Source: Octopus vulgaris
Taxonomy: Eukaryota
NCBI GenBank assembly: GCA_951406725.2
Contig: OX597814.1
Coordinates: 140,802,001-140,866,000 of the forward strand
Direction of reading: 5' to 3'
DNA length: 64,000 nt
Made by a program: the position numbers and the translations under genes
The notes under the pieces: generated by a model
Databases searched by the model: none
Told to the model about the DNA's origin: nothing
What the model saw: the letters and a program-made list of their open reading frames with translations, nothing else
Shown: positions 51,670 through 64,000 of the stretch, piece by piece
How positions within the stretch are numbered: the first letter of the stretch is position 1
Layout: every line of letters starts with the position of its first letter

Positions 51670-51978
51670 AGTGATCTTTCCGAGAAAGTCAATCAAAACT
51701 GAAAGTATGTTTGGCAGTTTCCGTAAATTTTTCTTTCAGCTGAATCGCTTATGTATTTTATGTGTATATATGTGTGTATGTAAATATATGTGCTTATGTG
51801 CATGTATGTATAATACATATATATACACACACACATAAACACATAATACATACACAGAAAATACATAAGCACAAGCGAATCAACTGAAAAAAAAAATTAA
51901 AGAAATAAAAATTTCTTTACGGAAATTGCCGAACAAATACTACTTTCACTTTCGAGAGACTTTCTCGGAAAGACTGTC
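51670..51978. mobile_element. Degenerate GGCAATC-family MITE with 9-bp TSD
   Basis: TCTTTCCGAGAAAGTC / GACTTTCTCGGAAAGA; shares TTTACGGAAATTGCCGAACAAATAC with 11482-11506; flanks CCAATCTGG/CCAACCCGG. Confidence 0.75.
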
Positions 51979-54655
51979 CCAACCCGGTTTTATCAAACGA
52001 AGTGTTATTAGATGAGGAGTGGGCGTATTTTAAAGAGACTAGAATAGAAAACAAACAGGACCCGTAAAAAAAGTAAACAGATTCATTAAGTGAACGTGAG
52101 ATAAGGCTTGTGAAATGTTGTTAGCCCTAGATCATGCCTCTTTGTATAACTAGAACTACATTGCGCATCGTGTCATTTTCATTTTAAGGTGGTAGGGTTT
52201 CAGTTGAGAGAATTTGGTTGCTATTTCTAACCAGTTAAAACAATCACGTAGAAGCTCCCAGCATGTGAGAAAGCGGAAGGATGATAATTTTCTTTTCCTC
52301 TTCAGTGGTGTGAAGAATGAAGAAAACAGTATTAAATTATTATAATCGTACGTTAAATAGATCAATAGACTTTAAATTACAGGAAGATGTAGATAGTATC
52401 AAATTAAAACCAAAGCACATTATTGAGGTGAGAGAACAGATGGAAACAAAATGACAAACGAATGAATGAAAACATTGAAGGGAGATTACTCTGTTGTCAC
52501 TACGCTCAGTCCTAACTAAAACTGTCGATATATAATCACCCCACTCTAAAAAACAAACAAATTAACTGTATAAAATAACTTTAGAGAACTTGTTTTATAA
52601 TTCGGGGAGGAGATAGACAATAGAAACTATTTAAATATGACTCCTAATTTGCAAACTAAAGATTTATTTATTTCGTTGTTCACCCCTTTGCCCTTTCATT
52701 CTTCTATCAGGCAATGTAAGGTTTTCTGATATTATTGAAACAAAAATAGTTTGTGAAGCTTTAAATATTCGTTACTCAGTAATGATATCGCTGTATCCCC
52801 CGCCCCGTCCCTAGCTCATTATTTGCAATTTTAAATAGTAAAGAACTCGTGTTGTTCACCAAAAGAATTTGTTTAGTATTATAAAACTACAAATGGAAAC
52901 AATTGCCTGCCGTAAGCTATCATGAAACAATGGTAACAATAGATTCCATGGGACGTATTATTTTCTAAAAATAGGATATTCTATTCTTTTATCTTATTTT
53001 AATGACATCCTATGGTATTTCACAACAGCTGTTCATATAGGCTTTAGGTAGAGGTTGGTTGGTTTCACAATTTCTTTTAACTGAGTGTAAAATACTTTAT
53101 ATATGTTTATTTAAAGGGAGAGGAAATTGGATAATGAGATGTTCATGCCTTTCCCAAATGTAAATGCTGAAATAACCTCTACCAATAACTGAAATTACAT
53201 AATTGTGTAAGGATACCAATTTGAAGAATGTTGATGTTGAACCATGCCAATACAGGGTTTTGGCAATGTTTCAGACATAGCTGCATGGTTAAAAAGCTTG
53301 CTTTCAAACCATGCGATCTTGGGTTCAGTCCTACTGTATGGCACTTTGGGCAAGTGTCTTCCAATATAGCGCTGAGCTAACCAAAGCCTTGTGAGTGGAA
53401 TTGAGAAAAGCTACAGATCATATATGGATACTAGTTCGATTAAAGGTAAGTTACTGTTTTTCTGACAGACCAAAGATAATAATGGATGCCTTCATATCTC
53501 TAAAAGATAGAGAGAACAATTTTACATATACTGTATGCACTGGAATAGTTAACAACATGAATGACATTGGAATGGAAAAATGACTTGTGGGAAATGGGAT
53601 GAGCTTTCTTAAAGAAAATGATAGTTGTAGCACCTTTGATGTATAAAGATAGGAATTTGTGAAGGTCATGGCAATGTAAATGGAATGGTTCCAATTTGGA
53701 ATTGAAACTAGGTTAATGGCTCAGTTTGATGGTAATTCACCATTATACCGGTCTTCTGGCTTTACTTTAAAAGTAAAACAATGAAAGAAACTGTTAGAGA
53801 CAGGTTGTTGATTTGGCAACTAAAACAATTTCTAAATTAGGCAATGATTTACCATAATGTTGTTTGCAAAGAAGTGAGAAATTCTTAAATCTGTGGCAGA
53901 TAATTCATTGCAAAAGTTTCTGAGTATTTCTATTGTTAATACAAATGCAGGTGTAAAAGTAGCAAGCTGGTAGAATCGTTATCACATCGGGGAAAAATGC
54001 TTAGCAACATTTCTTCTAAGTTCTGAGTTCAAATGCTGCCAAGGTTGACTTTACCTTTCATCCCTTCAGGGTTACTAAAATAAAGTACCAGTTAAACACT
54101 TGGGTTGATGTAATCAACTTAACCCATCCCCCCAAATTGCTGGAATTTGAAACCAATATAAATGCAGGTGTGGTTATGTAGGTAGAAACTTGCTTCCCAT
54201 CCACTTGGTTCTGGGTTCAGTCTCATTGTGGCACCTTGGCCAAGTGTCTGCTACTATAGCTCTGGGCTGACCAAAGCCTTATGAGTAGATTTCTAGATGG
54301 AAACTGAAAGAAGTCCATTACATATATGATGGGGTTCTTTCAGTTTCCATCCACTCATATGAATTGGTGTTTCTTTGTCTTGACATTGTCGCGAGTGTCA
54401 CCAATACACAAGCTGTTTCCTTCATTTCCAAACAGCCATGAAAACAAGTCTAGCCATGGGGAAATATTACATTTCTTAAAAACAGGTGAGGGTTGGCCAT
54501 AGGAAGGGCATCTAGCCATAGAGACAATCTGCTTCAATAGGTTCTACCCAACCCAAGCAAGCATGGAAAAGTGGATGTTAAAACAATGATGAATTGCTTG
54601 GGTAAATGCTATTTACAAGAATTAAAATAAGAAAAAAAGATTTAAAAACAATTTC

Positions 54656-55111
54656 AGATCTTTTCCTTTTGAACGGCAGTTTGTAACATAATTTCTAGGT
54701 AACTAAAAAGTTTTAAACTTTGTATACTGGTAGAATGTGTTTATAAAACATCATTTTCTCTTGGTTTTATTGAGAAAATTCTATAGTTTGTAAGATATTT
54801 CGTCTGAAAATCCGAGCATTTCGGCAATTTTAATCAATCGATTACCTCCATTGAACTAAAATCATTTGCTGGTTTAGGGTTAGTGACAGGATGTTGTCTC
54901 AGTTTTAGACGCAGCAAATGATTTTAGCTCAAAAGAGAGCATAGGATTGGTTAAAATTCGAAAAATTAAACTATGTTAAACAAACAAATTACAATTTTCT
55001 CAAGAAAGCCAAGAGAAAAAAATGTTTTATTTTGACACATTCTACCAGTATACGAAGTTTTAAAGTGTTTAGTTAACTAGAAATTGTCTGCCGTTCAAAA
55101 GGAAAAGATCC
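54656..55111. mobile_element. Largely palindromic MITE with (G)GATCTTTTCCTTTTGAACGGCAG TIRs and 8-bp TSD
   Basis: Arms pair over roughly 200 bp; TSD ACAATTTC/AAAATTTC. Confidence 0.85.
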
Positions 55112-55683
55112 AAAATTTCTGATGAAACTAAATTGATTGTTGTGAAACAAAGCAAGTAACTGAGGAAACCTCTACATAGCAACTGATTTATCTTTGCAGA
55201 ACACTCAAAAACCCTTATAAAATAATGACCAACACCCTTTCTGTTATAAAGGTGGCGAGCTGGCAAAATTGTTGGCATGCTGGGTAAAGTGCTTGACAGT
55301 ATTTTACCTGGTTTTTTGTTCTGAGTTCAAATTCCGAGGTTGACTCTGCCTTTCACCCTTTCAGGGTCGATAAAATAAGTACCAGTTGAGTACTGGAGTT
55401 GATGTAAATTGGTTTACTCCCTCCTCCTAAATTGCTTGCCTTGCGTGAAAATTTGAAGCCAATATTCTTTCTAGAGGAGAGGGTTAGTTGCTCAACTGGT
55501 ACTTATTTTATCGACCCCAAAATGATGAAAGGTAAAAGTCAATCTCTGCAGGATTTGAATTCAGAATGTAAAGCCAGATGAAATACTGCTAAGCATTTTG
55601 CCCAGCCATATTAATGATTCTACCACCTTAGCATTACTAATATCAACAGTGGAATTAGTGAGCCAAGATGGGAGTCTCTACAT

Positions 55684-55904
55684 CAGTGGTCCTTATGGCC
55701 CTTAGGGGCCCATATAAGATTTTGTTAAAATTCATCTGCATGGTTATGCTTCTACAATACACAGTTTTTTTTTATACAATTGTTAATAATATTTAATTTT
55801 AAAAATGTAAAATGATTTTTTAAACATTGAATGGTTAGGAGGATCTATCTAAGTAAAATAGGAATCAAATGGATCCATAGCTAAAAAATGGTTGAGAAAC
55901 ACTG
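55684..55904. mobile_element. hAT MITE
   Basis: CAGTGGT...GGTTGAGAAACACTG; TSD CTCTACAT/CTTTACAT. Confidence 0.8.
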
Positions 55905-57894
55905 CTTTACATGGTTGCTTGACTTTTTTAAAAATGAAAAGGAAGATCAGCATTATTGCCATCATTTTATGGGTTGGATGGGTTATCACAGTCTGAGTTA
56001 TTTCTCATTGGGAGTTACTTACTGATCTCATAGATTGGTGATCATACATGACGCATTTGATAATGTGAATCTAGATATATCATTATCATCATCATCATTT
56101 AATGTCTGTCTTCCATGCTGGTAAGGGTTGGATGGTATGACAGGATCCTGCAAGCAGCAAGGCTACATGAAGCTTCAAAGTCAGCTTTGGCATCGTTTCT
56201 ATGGCTGGCTACCTACCTTAGTTAATGCCAACCACTACACTGTTTGAAAAACAAACAGGTTGGATGGCCAGAGTTGAAAGGCAGACCTAGAGGGTTAAAT
56301 GACGACAGCTGTACAATCCAGTTTCTTTTGCACATTCTGTAAAGTGGTTGGCAATTCGAAGAACAACCAGACCAAGTAATGAGCCAACATGGGAGTCTCT
56401 ACATCAGTGGTCTTCAACCAGGGTCCTTATGGCCCTTAGGGGCCCATATAAGATTTTGTTAAAATTCATCTGCTTCTACAATACACCAAAAAGCCAAAAC
56501 CAACAAAAAAAACAGAATGCATGATCTGTCTAGGGAAGCATTAACTCCAAATAGGGGTTGTCCAACCCATGCTAGCATGGAAAAGCAGACATCAAATAAT
56601 AGCGATGATCTAACAATAATGGATTAAGATCATATCTCTATTATATTTTGTCTAATTCAGTTATTTGACTGCAGTCATGCTAGGGCACTGCCTAGATGGA
56701 TTCAGATAAATAAATCAACCCTAGTACTTATCTTTTTTTGAAATCTAATATTTATTCTCTTGGTCTCTTGTGCCCCAAACCACTAAGCTACAGGGATGTA
56801 AACAAACCAACACTGGTTGTCACATGGTGATGTATGCATATGATGTGTTTCCGCAATTTCCATCAACCAAATTTGCTCATGAGGTTGGTGTTAAGAAGGG
56901 CATCCACCTGTAGAAACCATGCCAAAACAGACAATACAGCTTGGTGCAGTCCTCTGGCTTGCCAGCTCCTGTCAACCATCAACCAATGCCAGCAAGGGAA
57001 ATGCATCATCATCATCATTGCCGCCGCCGCCACCACCTACCACTACCATTTATGGTCTGTTTTCTATGCTGGTATAGATTGGTTGGTTCGACAGGAACTG
57101 GTAAGCTGGAGCAGCTGCACCAAGCTCTAGTTGTCTGTTTTGGCACGGTTTCTACGCCTGGATGCCCTTCCTAATGCCAACCACTTTACGGAGTGTACTT
57201 GGTGCTTTTTACATGGCATCAGTATGTGGGAGTTTTTTACATGGTGCCTGCACAGATGCTCTTTACATGACACTGGTACAGATGTTCATTATGTGTTGCC
57301 AGCATGGGTACTCTTTACATGGGACTAGCATGAGTGTTTTTTATGTGGCACTGGCATAAGAGTGCTTCCCAACCACATGGTTCTGGGTTCAGTCAAACTG
57401 TGTGGCAACTTGGGCAAGTGTCTTCTACTATAAACCTTGGGCCGACCAAAGTCTTATGAGTGGATTTGGTAGACGGAAACTGAAAGAAGCCTGTTGTGTG
57501 TATATATATATATATATGTATGTATTTGTGTATCTGTGTTTGTCCTCCCACCATTGCTTGACGACCGACACTGGTGTGTTTATGTCCCCATAACTTAGCA
57601 GTTCAACAAAAGAGACTGACATAGTAAGTACAAAGCTTACAAAGAATAAGCCCTGGGATCGAATTGTTTGACTAAAGGTGGTGCTCCAGCATGGCCGCAG
57701 TCAAATGACTGAAACAAAAAATAATAAAATATAAATAAATAAATAAAAATAGCTTGTAATATACTGGGTTAAAAATTCCTTGGATAACAAAAAAAGATGC
57801 TGGAAACTACTTGCCAGACTTGTAATTTTATAGCAAGACTAAAATACTGACGCAGCTGACTGATTTGAATAATGGCAGACATTGAGAATAAAAC

Positions 57895-58163
57895 AAGGAA
57901 TAAATTAGTCTTTATTAATAAGAAACTTAAACAACTGTTATACTGTACAATTCAAAATAGCTTTAACATATTTAATTGTAGATATGGCATCATAAAGCTG
58001 AGCTATTTATGCCTCTGAAATTTCTTTATCATCTAAATTATTTTCTCAGCACCGAAATTCCACATTGTAGAAATCCTGTACGTGGTAGCAAACCAAACAG
58101 GAGCCCAAGTTTAAGAGCTAAATCTGGGTTTTTCTCAGTAAGAAGTTCTTCGTCTGAAATCAT
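57895..58163 (-). CDS. Candidate terminal exon plus 3'UTR of an unidentified minus-strand gene
   Basis: tttttctttgttttgtttttcAG acceptor at 58165-58164. Reads either MISDEELLTEKNPDLALKLGLLFGLLPRTGFLQCGISVLRK* (stop at 58038) or xDFRRRTSY* (stop at 58135). AATAAA at 57916-57911. Confidence 0.5.
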
Positions 58164-60130
58164 CTGAAAAACAAAACAAAGAAAAATGAAGACATGATTG
58201 TGAAAAAAAAAATAAAATAAAATAAAGACATGATTCGGGGTCGATAAATTAAGTACTAGTTGCGTACTGGGGTCGATCTAATCGAATGGCCCCCTCCCCC
58301 AAAATTTCAGGCCTTGTGCCTAGAGTAGAAAAGAATATTAAATAGGAAGACAAACAGACATATATATATATATATATACTTGCTGGGCTTCTGTACAGTT
58401 TCCATCTAGTTTCACTGACAAGGCATTGATCAGCCTGAGGCTCCAGTACTTGTCCATACTGTCAGTGGGAACTGACTGAAAACCACACAGCGATACCTGC
58501 ACATATATGCCAAACCTATACTGATTTCTAATGTATTCACAAGATTTCAAATGCTGGCAGAGAGGTATGGTCATTTGTATGGCCCTCAGAGGGATTTGAA
58601 CCCAAGATGCAAAGAGATGACAATAAATACTACAAAACGTTCTGTCTGACACTATATTAACTGCTAATGTATGGCATTGCTCAGGGCATATTAAGATATT
58701 TAAATAGGTTGTTGTTGAGTAACAGCTTAAGATGGCCAACCACAGAGAGAGAGAGAGAGAGAGAGAGTATGTTTGTGAGAAAGAAAGAGTGAAAATATGA
58801 GATAATGAATTTTTATGATGCTTGCTGCTGACTGAAGAATCTCTTAAACAATATTGTGAGATTATCCATGTTTACCATCATCATCACCATCATACGTTAT
58901 CCATGTTAGCATGGGTTAAAATTTAGACTTAAAACATACGAGCCTCATTTTAAGCACAGCAAAGAACTGGCTTGTTTAGGATATTCTGTTTGATGTTCCA
59001 TTGTTAAAATTGTTGATGCTAATGTCAAAATCAACCCTGATCAAGTAAACTGACTTTCAAAGCTGTCCCAGTTAAGATCCTCCTCCTGTGTGTGTGTGTT
59101 TTTTTTAACCCCTACAATAATATATCTAGGACCACATTATCCAATGTGCATTTCATTTTTAAAGATACACTCCTATGAAACTACTGACCCTTTTCTTTCC
59201 CACTGATCCACTGTCTGTAGCCTCTCATATCCTGACCTTCTTGCACCTTGAGAGCTTGCTCTGGCATCTTTATCTTTTGCCCACCAACGTCCACCCACCC
59301 TTACACAATGTGGGTTAGTCATATATCTTCTCATATATAGCAAGACACCTGTATTTGATCCTCTATCGTAATTTATCCTCTCAGCACCTGGCATGATCTT
59401 CTGCCCACCTCTCAAACACTCCTTTCCCACTCATATATTTTTTTTTGCTCTTTTCCTGTCTTCCAAGTTAGTTGGTGACCTCACTAGTGCCAGTGGAATA
59501 ATAAAAAAAAAAAGTACCCAGTACACCCTACAAAGAGGTTGGTGCTAGGAAGGAGATCCAGATGTAGAAACCATGTCAAACTGGCTTGCCAGCTCCTTGT
59601 CAAACCATTCAACTCATGCCAGCATGGAAAAATGCAAATTAAATCAAGATAATGATGATAATAAGTAGACTGCGATTTGAAGGCAATTTAGCTGTTATTT
59701 CTGGCGGGCTGAATGACCGTGATGCAAAGTAGCTTCCTTGTATGTTTGATAGGAAGGAGTTATTGTTGTTGGTGTTTAACCCCAGGACAACCAGGGGCTA
59801 AACAATAACAACATAAGATATCCACACCTATGTTATTCAGTGTCTCCTTTCAGTTTTAAGATAGTTGGCAAGTATGTGTGTGCGTGATTCAAGAAAGAAT
59901 TTTGCTCTATTTCTTGCAGGTCAAGTTAAAACATAGAAGCTCCAGAAGTTTTGTTTTCTTTAGCTACACAGATGGCCAAACAAGCAAGACAGACATCACA
60001 TTAGATTTATTCTTTTACTCTTTTACTTGTTTCAGTCATTTGACTGTGGCCATGCTGGAGCACTGTCTTGAGTGGTTTTAGTTGAACAAATCGACCACCC
60101 TAGGACTTATTTTTCAAGCCTACTACTTAT

Positions 60131-60364
60131 TCTTATTTCTTTACTGCCAACAAGGGGCTACACACAGAGGGAACAAACAAGGACAGACAAACGGATCAAG
60201 TCAATTATATCGACCCCAGTGCGTAACTGGTACTTATTTAATCGACCCCAAAAGGATGAAAGGCAAAGTCGACCTCGGCGGAATTTGAACTCAGAACGTA
60301 GCGGCAGACGAAATACCGCTAAGCATTTTGCCCAGCGTGCTAACGTTTCTGCCAGCTCACCGCC
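60131..60364 (-). mobile_element. Young family-B SINE nested in a family-A SINE
   Basis: CpG-intact GGCGGTGAGCTGGCAGAAACG head; the host SINE resumes at 60365. Confidence 0.85.
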
Positions 60365-61344
60365 TTCTTATTCTATTAATCTTTTTTGCTGAACTGCTAA
60401 GATATTGGGATGTAAACACACCAACACCAGTTGTCAAGCAGTGATGGAGGACAAACACACTCATAGATATGACAGGCTTCTTTCAGTTTCTGTCTATCAA
60501 ATCCACTCATGAGGAAGCATGAAGTTGGGAAGTAAGCTTCTTACCACACAATCACAGCTGCCCCTATACATTTACATGTATATTTTAATTGTGAAAGAGG
60601 TATATTGACCCTGTGTTTGATAGCTGAATGTAAGACCAGGGAACCAAAGCACACAGCAATGTGTTGTATTGTATCCTTAATATAATGCACATGATTGTAC
60701 TAGCCCCCTGTCTAATCAGTGATAGGTACAAAGTTTACTTGGTGTCTATTGTTGGTTGAGAGGATAACAGCTTAACAGACCACTTAAAAAACATCCCAGC
60801 CATGGAAATATAGAAAATATACCAAGAATGAAAATGGAAGAATGAGTGAGAGAGTGAGAAAGACAAGCAAAGAGTGAGTGAGAGATGAGGGAGTGAGTAG
60901 GAAAGACAGTGAAAGAGTGTGTGAGAGGGAGTGAATGAGTAGGAGAGATGGCAAGAGAGTGGAGGAGTGGGAGACAGCAAGAGAGTGAGGGAGATGGAAA
61001 GACAGTAAGAGAGTGACAGAGTGAGGGGAAACTACAAAAACTAGTGGATAAGATGGAAGGAATGACAGAATGAAAAAAAGAACTGGGGTGAAAAAAAAAG
61101 AGAAGGTGAATATGTGACTGTAAGGTCAAGAGATATAGAAACAAGCTTGAACTAGCTTGATCATTCAGAAATTCAAGATCAAAAAAAATCTTGAAAAGGC
61201 TCCCTAAGATTAGCTTATACACATACAAATACACACATACATGTGTATGTGTGATGTATGTATGTATGTATGTATGTATGTATGTATGTATGTATGTATG
61301 TATGTATGTATGTATGTATGTGTGTATGTGTGTGTGTATGTGTG

Positions 61345-61382
<38 letters not shown>

Positions 61383-61475
61383 ACACATATATGCGTGTAT
61401 ATGTACATGTAGAGGTAGGTACGTACATATATGTTTATATATATGCATATATTTTATTAACATATATATATATAT

Positions 61476-61965
61476 GTAGGTCCCGGGTTGAGTCGGGGTT
61501 AACCACAGTAAATAAGGTACTCAATACATAGCAGAGTAAAGTAATTTATTTTATAGGAGCTGCTACAGGACTAGAACTGTTTCATTCAGATGAAATCTTC
61601 ATGAAGCTGGCTGTCAATATAAGGGTCTGGTATTTATACATTTAGGCAGATTTAATGGGGTGGTGGTGGGGGACGTTTTTTGGGTAAGTTGGTATTTAGG
61701 AGATAAACAAGGTGCAAACTATTGTTCTTAGGGGAGTGGTCAAAAGGCCAGAGAGTTTCAAAAAACTCTCTGGCCTTTTGACCACTCCCCTAAGAACAAT
61801 AGTTTGCACCTTGTTTATCTCCTAAATACCAACTTACCCAAAAAACGTCCCCCACCACCACCCCATTAAATCTGCCTAAATGTATAAATACCAGACCCTT
61901 ATATTGACAGCCAGCTTCATGAAGATTTCATCTGAATGAAACAGTTCTAGTCCTGTAGAAGCTCC
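61476..61965. mobile_element. Penelope-like pLTR inverted duplication: 203-bp arms (61556-61758 / 61763-61965) with a 4-nt loop
   Basis: Arms are reverse complements with one mismatch; (TA)n on both flanks; hammerhead fold in each arm. Confidence 0.75.
61913..61963 (+). ncRNA. Type-I hammerhead ribozyme fold with a C3A core variant; mirror copy at 61558-61608 (-)
   Basis: AGCTTC-ATGAAGA-tTTCAtcTGAAt-GAAA-CAG-ttctagtc-CTG-TA-GAAGCT: stems I, II and III form, with GUA as the cleavage triplet. Confidence 0.65.
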
Positions 61966-62007
61966 TTCTATAAAAAAAAAATAAATAAAATATATATATA
62001 TATATAT

Positions 62008-62400
62008 TCTTTTATTTGTTTCAGTCATTTGACTGCAGCCATGCTGGAGCACCACCCTTAGTCAAACAAACTGACCCCAGGACTTATTCTTTGTAAGCCT
62101 AGTGCTTATTCTAATGGTCTCTTTTGCTGAACTGCTAAGTTACGGGGATGTAAACACACCAACATTGGTTGTCGAGTGATGGTGGGAGGACAAACACAGA
62201 CACACACACACACATATATATATATATACACACACACACGACGGGCCTCTTTCAGTTTCCGTCCAGCAAATCCACTCACAAGGTTTTGGTTGGCCTGAAG
62301 CTATAGTAGAAGACACTTGCCCAAGGTGCTATGCAGTGGAGCTCAACCCGGAACCATGTGGTTGAGAAGCAAGCTTCTTATCACAACCACTCCTGCACCT
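62008..62400 (-). mobile_element. SINE family A
   Basis: Full head-to-tail match to the other copies. Confidence 0.85.
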
Positions 62401-63308
62401 ATATATATATAGTGGTTGGCGTTAGGAAGGGCATCCAGCTGTAGAAACTCTGTCAGATCAAGATTGGAGCCTGGTGCAGCCATCTGGTTCGCCAACCCTC
62501 AGTCAAATCGTCCAACCCATGCTAGCATGGAAAGCAGATGTTAAACGGTGATGATGATGATATATATATATACTTTTTTCATTTTATTTTATTTATTTGT
62601 TTTATTTTATTTATTGATTTTTCAAATTTGCAAATATACTACTAATGTATTTTCATGAACTACACTTTATCAAAAATTCCCTCCCAATCAATGATTGGAA
62701 GGGGTAAATTCTAAATATAACTCAAAGAGGAGAAAAAGAAAGGAGGAAAAAGGAAAGAAAAAGAGGAAAAGAGAGGGGGGAGAGAGAGAGAGAGAAAACA
62801 AAAAGACTTTGTGATGATCAAACCTTTTTTTTTATCAAGGTCACCACCATCCTTAAACCATTCTAATACAATGGTAAAGGACAAAGTAAATAAATGAATG
62901 GTGAATAGGAAAGTGGATACTCCTCTCTCTCTTTCCCTCTACCCATTTGTCTATCTATCTATCTACCTACCTACCTATATTTCTATCTATCCATCTCCAT
63001 TGTCCTGGAACCTCACCCAAGAAAACAAAAACAATGTTCTCTTCTAAACAAAACTCCCCCAAAAAACAGGTTTTATATAAATGAATAAGCTGTTTGTACA
63101 TTCACAAAATTGTATTTGACAAGTTCCAGAGACAGAAAGAAAGCAATAATAATAAAGAAATAAAAGGACTTTTTCCCCAAAATTCTGACATTTTTTCTCA
63201 ATATTCAATTCTGTACATTACACCTAACACTCTATACACACACATATATATCTAACATATGATATATATACATATGTAACAAATGGTGTATATATATATA
63301 TATATTAA

Positions 63309-63431
63309 GATGCCGAGTGCTGGGAACACAAAAAGGGGATGAACTTATCGCGAGTGAAAAACAAAAACGTTTACCGATAACTTTAACTCGAACCGCGGTT
63401 TCTGCTTTTTGTGTTCCCAGCACTCGGCATC
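63309..63431. mobile_element. 123-bp TTAA-flanked MITE with perfect ~27-bp TIRs (Kolobok-like purine termini)
   Basis: TTAA-GATGCCGAGTGCTGGGAACACAAAAAG...CTTTTTGTGTTCCCAGCACTCGGCATC-TTAA; CpGs intact. Confidence 0.8.
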
Positions 63432-63570
63432 TTAATTTAGGAGCCCTTAATTGTATAACTACATGAATAATATTTTTCTATATGAATAATATTTTTGTCT
63501 TATGACTAATTCGTCTTTTGTGCTGGGCACCTGGTAGTAAATAATATTACTACCCTTCTTGTTCATATTC

Positions 63571-63611
<41 letters not shown>

Positions 63612-63614
<3 letters not shown>

Positions 63615-63917
63615 TCATCATCATCATTTAACGTCCGCTTTCCATGCTAGCATGGGTTGGACAGTTCAACTGGGGTCTGTGAAGCCAGAAGGCTGCATCA
63701 GGCCCAGTCTGATCTGGCAGTGTTTCTACGGCTGGATGCCCTTCCTAACGCCAACCACTTCGTGAGTGTAGTGGGTGCTTTTTACGTGCCACCCGCACAG
63801 GTGCCAGACGGAGCTGGCAAACGGCCATGAACGGATGGTGCTTTTATGTGCCACCAGCACGGGGGTGAGGCGAGGCTGGCAACAGCCACGAACGGATGGT
63901 GCTACGTGCCACCGGCA
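63612..63917 (-). mobile_element. SINE-like family C
   Basis: (CAT)n-TTTAACGTCCGCTTTCCATGCTAGCATGGGTTGG..., the reverse of 3521-3935. Confidence 0.8.
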
Positions 63918-63952
63918 CACACACACACACATGTATATATATATATATATAT

Positions 63953-63988
<36 letters not shown>

Positions 63989-64000
63989 TATCTTGATAAT

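Noticed and set aside
53425-53459. Plus-strand exon ending AAG|GTAAGT at ~53446
   Set aside because: No polypyrimidine acceptor; it adjoins a SINE fragment and seems to lie in a decayed LINE-like stretch
59900-59950. Acceptor-like TTTCTTGCAG|G
   Set aside because: Part of a dispersed repeat (GCTATTTCTAGCAGG...AGAAGCTCC) also seen at ~28741, 33040, 52220 and 59690

Overview
AT-rich, repeat-dense eukaryotic DNA. The SINE families and the dense (TA)/(CA)/(CAT)/(ATT) microsatellites point to a coleoid cephalopod, probably Octopus. There is no long intact CDS, and nearly all ORF-track hits are microsatellite translations or antisense frames of repeats. Positions 1-12.7 kb are a nested DNA-transposon pile: a Merlin/IS1595-type transposase relic, several GG-terminated MITEs with 8-9 bp TSDs, a hAT transposase relic split by a 2-kb long-TIR element, and two CRE-like non-LTR tails. 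The rest looks intronic. It carries SINEs, RTE/CR1/mariner/Tc1 relics, hAT, piggyBac-like and Kolobok-like MITEs, and a few small candidate exons: on the minus strand 16-codon, 33-nt and 24-nt exons plus a terminal exon, and on the plus strand a 56-nt exon. The most striking signal is a set of Penelope-type inverted repeats carrying hammerhead-ribozyme folds, including a 203-bp-arm near-perfect palindrome at 61.56-61.97 kb with a hammerhead fold in each arm. All calls were made by eye; no searches were run.
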